Source: Candidatus Bathyarchaeia archaeon (GTDB lineage: Archaea > Thermoproteota > Bathyarchaeia > Bathyarchaeales > Bathycorpusculaceae). From it: DNA of 64,000 nt. The stretch lies in the NCBI GenBank assembly GCA_038882955.1, contig JAVZNC010000001.1, forward strand, positions 224,001 to 288,000, in the 5' to 3' direction. Position numbers and translations under genes: made by a program. Shown piece by piece: positions 58,663-64,000 of this stretch; positions within the stretch are counted from its first letter, which is position 1; every line of letters begins with the position of its first letter. The notes beneath the pieces are model-generated. The model saw only the letters and a list, made by a program, of their open reading frames with translations. It was not told where the DNA came from and did not search any database.

Positions 58663-59383
58663 TGTAGGTTATAACTTCGATTGGACATTCTCCAGAAAGC
58701 TTCATCTTTTTCTTCCACTCCTCCCCAACCGCGATGAGTAGGAAAACCCCTGAAATTTCGGCTTTTGCCTTCCGAACCAAATTAACCAGTGCTGCTTGGG
58801 TTTCGCCAGTCTTAATCATGTCGTCAACTATTAGGACGCTGTCCCTCTTTTTTATGCTGTCCTTTGGAATGTAAAGCGTCATTGTTACGCCTGAATCCCT
58901 AAGCGCATAAGTCTCCTCAAGAAAGGCTTTTACGCCAACCTCCTTGCCCCTCTTGGCGATTACAAGGTTCACGCCCAAAGCATTTGCAACCATTGTTGCA
59001 AGTGGAATTCCATCTACAGCAGCAGTTAAAACCTTTGTTACACGTTTTCCAGCGAAATTTGCAAGCGCATGATTAGCCGCCTGCTGAAGAATAGTAAAAT
59101 CACCGATAATATCCGTATTGTCAAAATACCCTTCCTCATCAAACCTTATCCTATTACGAAGCTCGCTTTCTAAGCCAACAAGCTTTGTTAGAACTTTCCA
59201 AAGCTGCCTAGCCCGAGCGGTATTAGGCAGTACATGACCCTTCGCATAGCGGCTCAAAACAGTTACGGGTAAACCAGTTTTAGAGGCTAGTTCGCGGTAG
59301 GTTATGTTCCGCTTATACTTGGCTGTTCTAAGCATCTCAATAGTCATCAAACGAAACTTCAACTCGTCCACATGCGTATTCAT
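58628..59383 (-). CDS. HTH-phosphoribosyltransferase fusion (PurR-like regulator)
   Basis: YRELASKTGLPVTVLSRY; VLIVDDMIKTGET. Confidence 0.85.
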   Translation of the reverse strand: MNTHVDELKFRLMTIEMLRTAKYKRNITYRELASKTGLPVTVLSRYAKGHVLPNTARARQLWKVLTKLVGLESELRNRIRFDEEGYFDNTDIIGDFTILQQAANHALANFAGKRVTKVLTAAVDGIPLATMVANALGVNLVIAKRGKEVGVKAFLEETYALRDSGVTMTLYIPKDSIKKRDSVLIVDDMIKTGETQAALVNLVRKAKAEISGVFLLIAVGEEWKKKMKLSGECPIEVITYIKAPQGLGTQP

Positions 59384-59512
59384 AACAATCCCTTATACAC
59401 TGACCAGTTAAACATTAAAGCGCTTACCAATTATTATTGCACTACTAATTTAAAATTTCCGCTCAAAAACGAAACTTGAAACATAACATCGTTAGAATGG
59501 ATTCCATGGATA

Positions 59513-59923
59513 TTAACGCCAAAGCAACTTCGAATATTCAATGTATTTTTGTATAAGACCTGCACTTAACCGTCTTCCACGCCTATCTGATGGTTGGCGT
59601 GCACATAAGTGAAAAACTTGTACTTGATTGTCGCGAAAAACTTTGGAAATCTGCGCCCGTAAACCGACATATTTACTTTGAAGATAAGCAAGCTGTGTCG
59701 CAATTTCCTTTAATTCCGACGCCAGGATATTTTTCCGTTCCTCCAACTCCATAAGTTCCTGCATAAGCTGCTCTTCTCCACTATTGGTTTTCATTCCGAG
59801 ATCTATGAGTTTTTTGACAACTTCAGTATTAATTTGAATGTTTGCTTCTCTAATCAGCTCTGAAATTTCCCGGTTTCCATTTATTAAGATAACTTGCGGT
59901 TTTCTTCGCGATTTTGTTTTCAT
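59513..59923 (-). CDS. Coiled-coil hypothetical protein (operon gene 4)
   Basis: GGTGA SD before MKTKS; heptad repeat. Confidence 0.7.
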   Translation of the reverse strand: MKTKSRRKPQVILINGNREISELIREANIQINTEVVKKLIDLGMKTNSGEEQLMQELMELEERKNILASELKEIATQLAYLQSKYVGLRAQISKVFRDNQVQVFHLCARQPSDRRGRRLSAGLIQKYIEYSKLLWR

Positions 59924-59936
59924 AGTTTCACCTTTT

Positions 59937-60197
59937 TTAGCGAAGGAGAGTTTCAAGTACATTGTTATCTTTAATCATCTCGTCTAGAATTTTTTCCATC
60001 CTTTTGATTTCGTCAGGTAGCTCTGTTACTTGTTTTCTTAAATTTTCTATCTGTTTCGTAAGGGAGCGGATTTCCTGCTCGAGAACATGTATTCTAAAGG
60101 ATAGCAAGCCCTTTTTAACCAGATTCATGAGGGTCTCTTGATTCCCAATTTTCTCATATAGATACGCTGGAATTGGAAGTTTTTTGACTTCACTCAT
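59937..60197 (-). CDS. Small RHH-like/coiled-coil hypothetical protein (operon gene 3)
   Basis: 6-nt gap from the upstream gene; beta-alpha-alpha N-terminus then heptads. Confidence 0.68.
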   Translation of the reverse strand: MSEVKKLPIPAYLYEKIGNQETLMNLVKKGLLSFRIHVLEQEIRSLTKQIENLRKQVTELPDEIKRMEKILDEMIKDNNVLETLLR

Positions 60198-60203
60198 AAC
60201 TTA

Positions 60204-60914
60204 TCAGCCTTCACGAAGTCTTAATCCATGTCTCCCAACAAGTTTTCCAACACCCTTCAATGTAGTCTCTTTCACAGCTTTACGATCTTCTTCCGAAAAC
60301 TCATAGCTTTGTCTTCTTATATATTCAGCAAGTTCGGAATTCAATCGTCCGAGATTTTTCTTTTCCACTTCAATTACAGTTTTGATAATGTCCTGTGCTT
60401 GACTTTCCAATTTTTCTTCTATTGCACGAATTAACGCTGCAAAATGCGGAATACAGAGCCCCCTTGACTCTTTGAAAAGCTTCATAAACTCCTTATTCTG
60501 CAAAGAGAGAAGTTCCACAACTTTTTGAATATACATTTCCGTGAAGCTTGCCAAGTGAGTGCATGCTGGACATTTTTCTTCGCTTGGAAATATGTTGCGA
60601 TAAGCGTTTTTGTATCCACTTACTTTACTAATATCTAAGAGCAGTTGCTCAACAACGCTATGCATAGTTAAGGCTATTCCATGTCCGTCTGGACTTCCAG
60701 GCTTATTTGCTGCGATGAGCATTTTGTAGAAATGGTAATTGCAGAAACCTCTGCTCTCGATTATTTTCCGTCTTGACGAAGCATCCATTACTAATTCAGA
60801 AAGATACGTATCCATGAATTTGTTTTCAATCTCCTCCTCCAAAACGCATAGAAAGCATTCTTCTTCACATTCAATTGCTCTTTTAATACGAAGATAAGCT
60901 ACATCTAAACTCAT
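60204..60914 (-). CDS. DUF6062-like protein with duplicated CxxC...GxCxxH motif (operon gene 2)
   Basis: CFLC...SRGFCNYH and CPAC...SRGLCIPH. Confidence 0.78.
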   Translation of the reverse strand: MSLDVAYLRIKRAIECEEECFLCVLEEEIENKFMDTYLSELVMDASSRRKIIESRGFCNYHFYKMLIAANKPGSPDGHGIALTMHSVVEQLLLDISKVSGYKNAYRNIFPSEEKCPACTHLASFTEMYIQKVVELLSLQNKEFMKLFKESRGLCIPHFAALIRAIEEKLESQAQDIIKTVIEVEKKNLGRLNSELAEYIRRQSYEFSEEDRKAVKETTLKGVGKLVGRHGLRLREG

Positions 60915-60918
60915 GCAA

Positions 60919-61800
60919 TCACCATTGCTTGCTTATTATCTGTAGCACACTTACGGCGTAGAAGGTGTCCTCAAATGTTGATATCCCTAGGTCTGACCTC
61001 GCAAATCCGCCGTTTGCATTTTGGCATTTAAGGATAAATCTAATTGTGCCTTCAGGGTAAGCTGCATGTTCGCCGAGCAGATTCAGCGTCATTACCCCAT
61101 AGTAGACATGCTCCATGTACGGTGTAGAGCTGCTCGGTATAACTGTGAAGCCTCCAGAAGGCTTCTCGCATGATCTGACGTAGGTTAAGGTATTTTTGAG
61201 GGATTTAACTGGATAGCCGAGATTGTATAGTGTGGCTACTGCATGATAAGTTGCATTTAGATTGGAATATCCATAGGCGCCGAAGCCTCCATCAGCATTG
61301 TGATAGCCTAAAAGCCACTGTGCAATTTTTTCGCGGTTGATCTCTACATTGGCAATTTTGGCGAGTTCTGTCGCCATAAAAACAGTTTCAAACTCTGATG
61401 CAACTTCCACGTAAACATCCACTGCATTAAATTCCATTCGCGAAAACTGGGATAAAAGAAACTCTTTAAGCCTTTCATCCGGTTCTCGTCCACACAGCTT
61501 TAAGGCTTTAGCTACATAATAATGCGAATAAAGATCACCTGGGACAAAATTACGTAGCCAATTAACAGTCTGATCAAAGTTCGGGAAGGAAGCATTAAGC
61601 ATCTTCAAAATTGCTAATCCATAATAAGTGTCTTGCGCATTTGATTCTGTCCCACGGCAAAAAGTGTAACCTCCATCACTATTTTGCCTACAAACAACGT
61701 ATTTTACAATTTTTTCAGTCCTAAGCACTTTATTAAAATGCTCAATTTTCATATCTAAGGCTATCTTGCCACTCTGACTGAACCGCCCCACTTCATGCAA
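60919..61800 (-). CDS. Prenyltransferase-beta/terpene-cyclase-repeat protein (COG1689-like; operon gene 1)
   Basis: Repeats QNSDGGY, HNADGGF, EKPSGGF, QNANGGF each followed by a T/V-Y/F-x-A/G helix; start could be at MKIEH. Confidence 0.82.
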   Translation of the reverse strand: MHEVGRFSQSGKIALDMKIEHFNKVLRTEKIVKYVVCRQNSDGGYTFCRGTESNAQDTYYGLAILKMLNASFPNFDQTVNWLRNFVPGDLYSHYYVAKALKLCGREPDERLKEFLLSQFSRMEFNAVDVYVEVASEFETVFMATELAKIANVEINREKIAQWLLGYHNADGGFGAYGYSNLNATYHAVATLYNLGYPVKSLKNTLTYVRSCEKPSGGFTVIPSSSTPYMEHVYYGVMTLNLLGEHAAYPEGTIRFILKCQNANGGFARSDLGISTFEDTFYAVSVLQIISKQW

Positions 61801-61829
61801 CCTTACGCCACTCCATCTATTTTAATGCA

Positions 61830-61892
61830 GTAGAAGCTATCAGCCCCTGCGAATGCAGAAGCAAGGGCGGTTAAAGGCGAGCTTCATCGCCT
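61830..61892 (-). ncRNA. Fluoride riboswitch (crcB motif)
   Basis: Minus strand AGGCGATGAAGCTCGCCT-TTAACC-GCCCTTGC..GCAGGGGC-TGATAGCTTCTAC: P1 GGCGA/TCGCC, P2 8 bp, pseudoknot GAAGCT/AGCTTC, conserved GATG, AACCGC, GCTGAT and CTAC. Confidence 0.9.
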
Positions 61893-61956
61893 ATGTTTAG
61901 GCGAAATGCAAAACTAACAAATAAACGTTATGAAAAACAAATGAAAAATTGATTAA

Positions 61957-62050
61957 CGGGCCCGCCGGGATTTGAACCCGGGATCTCCGGCTTAGAAGGC
62001 CGACGCGCTTTGTGGAATTGGCTTTTCTATCCATGCTGCGCCACGGGCCC
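61957..62050 (-). tRNA. tRNA-Arg(TCT) with a non-canonical intron in the D-loop (about 62009-62027)
   Basis: Acceptor GGGCCCG/CGGGCCC, D-stem GCGC/GCGC interrupted by 17-19 extra nt, anticodon loop CT-TCT-AA, T-arm CCGGG-TTCAAAT-CCCGG. Confidence 0.92.
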
Positions 62051-62094
62051 CTATCCTGCGACTGAATAGAAAGGTTGGTGGGTGATATATTATT

Positions 62095-64000
62095 TTATTC
62101 TATGTAGATTGCTGGTCTGAAGGGTTTTGCTTGTTGCGCCCGCTTTTTAGGGTCGTAGCATTCCGGGCCTTCTTCGCTGTAAATGTATATTTCAGCTTTT
62201 AGTTCTTTTTTGAAGAATTTTTCAGCGCCTTTCAGCGTTTGGTATTCGTCTATTTTTTTGATTTGTATTAGCCTCTGTTTTCTTTCCTCTGGCAGGCGAT
62301 TGACGTCGTCCAGTATTTGGCTGAGGAACTTTGCAACTTTTTCTGCTTTGGCTTTTAGTTCAGTGTCCTCCATAAGCTCCTTCATTAAATCTTTCTGTGA
62401 AATCTTTGCTCCGACTGATTTTGCCAGAGCTCTTTGGTATATTCGCCATTTCCACGGGGCAGCAGCATAATAGTAAACTTTCGTTGGTGTTATGTTTGTA
62501 GCTTTTACAATGTTGAATGTGTCTTCTAGGACGCTCATGATTAGTGTTTCTTTTTCTTCTGCTTCGATGTCTATTTTGGACTCGTCTGGTGTCGGCCAGC
62601 TCGCCGTTGAAACGAAGTTTTCTCCGCCAAGCATTTCCCATAGTTCCTCACAAACGTGTGGGGCTACTGGTGCGAGCATTCTTATTTGGGCGTTTAGGAT
62701 TTCACTGATAACGTAGGATGCCGCACCATTGTTTGCTTCTGTCATCCGCCTCTGGTACCATTGAAAGTCTTGGTCTAGCTCGTATAGTATGGTTTGTATG
62801 GCTTTTCGCACTGCTAGTTTTTCCATGGCTTCCGTTGTCCTTTTAATGTGCCATTGCAGTCGGCTGAGCATCCACTTGTCCAAGGCTGATAGGCTTGTTT
62901 TTCTTTGCTCGTGCGTTTCTTTAGTGAAGTTTGCGATGAATTTGTGTATGCGCTCAAGTCTTTCGCGCATGGCTCTTGCAACAGCGGGGCTGAAATCTGC
63001 GTCTTGTAGCAGTTCAGCGGTTCCCAGAACGCTTAGTCTTATTGGGTCTGCCCCATATTTTTCGAGGCCTTCGCGTAGTGGTATTATGTTTCCGAAGGAT
63101 TTGCTCATTTTTGCGCCTTCCATTAGTACGTGGCCGTTTGTCACTATTTGGCGTGGCCAAAGGTTTTCTGGGAATATTGCTGTGTGGTTGAATATCATGA
63201 ATGTTAGGTGGTTTGGGATTAGCTCGTGCGCTGAATGGCGGCTGTCAAGCGGGTAGAAGTATAGGAACTCTTCTCGCATTTTCTCTAGCGTTTCTTGTTT
63301 TAGCCCTGTTTTTTCTGTGATTTCCTTGGCGTTTCCTTTTCCGAGAAAGACATAGTCAAAGACCTCGTTTGTTAGTTGTGCCGCGCCTACATTGCCTTCT
63401 TTTATGTGTCTTGCGATTGTGTAGTATGCCATATAGATAGTTGAGTCTGACAGGGACTCGATTATCCAGTCCTTGTCCCATGGAAGCCTTGTGCCCATGC
63501 CCGACTTTCTAGCGCATGCCTTTTCGTGTAGCCAGTCGATGACGTGCTCGTATTCTTTGCGCATTTCTTCTGGTAGGATTTCCATTTTTTCGAGGTTTTT
63601 GTGTGCTAGGACTTTCCATTGCGGGTTTCCGTAGTCTATGAACCATTGGTCTTCAAAGATTTTTACGATGCACTCTGTTCCGCATCGGCATTTCACTGGT
63701 CTATTCAGAAGCTCGTACATTGTTGTTGCTTTGCCCTCTGCCACAATGTCTTGTTTTACCTTGTCCTTTGCTTCGGCTACTGTTAAGCCGCAATATTTGC
63801 CAGTGTTGCTTTTCATCTTTCCATTGTGGAACTCGTGACGGTAAACCTCTTTTGTGGCATCCTCAAGCTTTGGATCTGTCTGGTCCTGGATGCCCATCTT
63901 CTTTACGACGTCGGCTGCTGGAATCTCCGAATAATCAGGCACTTCAATAAGTGAGACTGGTTTTATGGTTTCGACTTCTTCTGGTTTTATGTCGTACTCC
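62095..64000 (-). CDS. leuS: Leucyl-tRNA synthetase (partial; 5' end outside the window)
   Basis: IESLSDSTIYMAYYT, LIPNHLTF, KMSKS, PFRPAIYIE; frame stays open to the window edge. Confidence 0.95.
   Translation of the reverse strand, partial: EYDIKPEEVETIKPVSLIEVPDYSEIPAADVVKKMGIQDQTDPKLEDATKEVYRHEFHNGKMKSNTGKYCGLTVAEAKDKVKQDIVAEGKATTMYELLNRPVKCRCGTECIVKIFEDQWFIDYGNPQWKVLAHKNLEKMEILPEEMRKEYEHVIDWLHEKACARKSGMGTRLPWDKDWIIESLSDSTIYMAYYTIARHIKEGNVGAAQLTNEVFDYVFLGKGNAKEITEKTGLKQETLEKMREEFLYFYPLDSRHSAHELIPNHLTFMIFNHTAIFPENLWPRQIVTNGHVLMEGAKMSKSFGNIIPLREGLEKYGADPIRLSVLGTAELLQDADFSPAVARAMRERLERIHKFIANFTKETHEQRKTSLSALDKWMLSRLQWHIKRTTEAMEKLAVRKAIQTILYELDQDFQWYQRRMTEANNGAASYVISEILNAQIRMLAPVAPHVCEELWEMLGGENFVSTASWPTPDESKIDIEAEEKETLIMSVLEDTFNIVKATNITPTKVYYYAAAPWKWRIYQRALAKSVGAKISQKDLMKELMEDTELKAKAEKVAKFLSQILDDVNRLPEERKQRLIQIKKIDEYQTLKGAEKFFKKELKAEIYIYSEEGPECYDPKKRAQQAKPFRPAIYIE

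Noticed and set aside
59400-61960. Riboswitch operon as an att-bounded mobile element at tRNA-Arg
   Set aside because: I found no duplicated tRNA 3' end and no integrase
556-63950. Many short antisense or overlapping ORFs inside housekeeping genes
   Set aside because: They are shadow frames of well-supported genes, with no motifs of their own

Overview
Archaeal chromosomal segment, most consistent with Bathyarchaeia/TACK (inferred from TFB, L7Ae/S28e/L24e/L40e, Alba, Gar1, Ftr, a Cren7-like protein and a D-loop tRNA intron). It is mostly housekeeping: translation, purine synthesis, SucCD, a 2-oxoacid:ferredoxin oxidoreductase, TldD/PmbA, four tRNAs and a box C/D sRNA. The main accessory features are: (1) a 6,277-bp element integrated in tRNA-Cys, bounded by 37-bp att repeats. 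Its SSV1/pTN3-type integrase is split by integration, and it carries an FtsK/HerA-type ATPase-HTH, a PD-(D/E)xK nuclease, a stand-alone MgsA C-terminal domain, a secreted beta-rich protein and an unexplained in-frame 31-bp repeat, with no recognisable Rep or capsid. (2) A fluoride riboswitch heading a four-gene operon (prenyltransferase/terpene-cyclase-repeat protein, DUF6062-like protein, two coiled-coil proteins) with no fluoride exporter. (3) An Ftr formyltransferase, a HAD protein and a PfkB kinase following purF-purD, with no purN/purT in the cluster. (4) A divergent pair of paralogous coiled-coil genes, one with a Cren7-like head. There is also a probable AUA start for purF and three single-base frameshifts. 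All family assignments come from motif recognition by eye; no searches were run.
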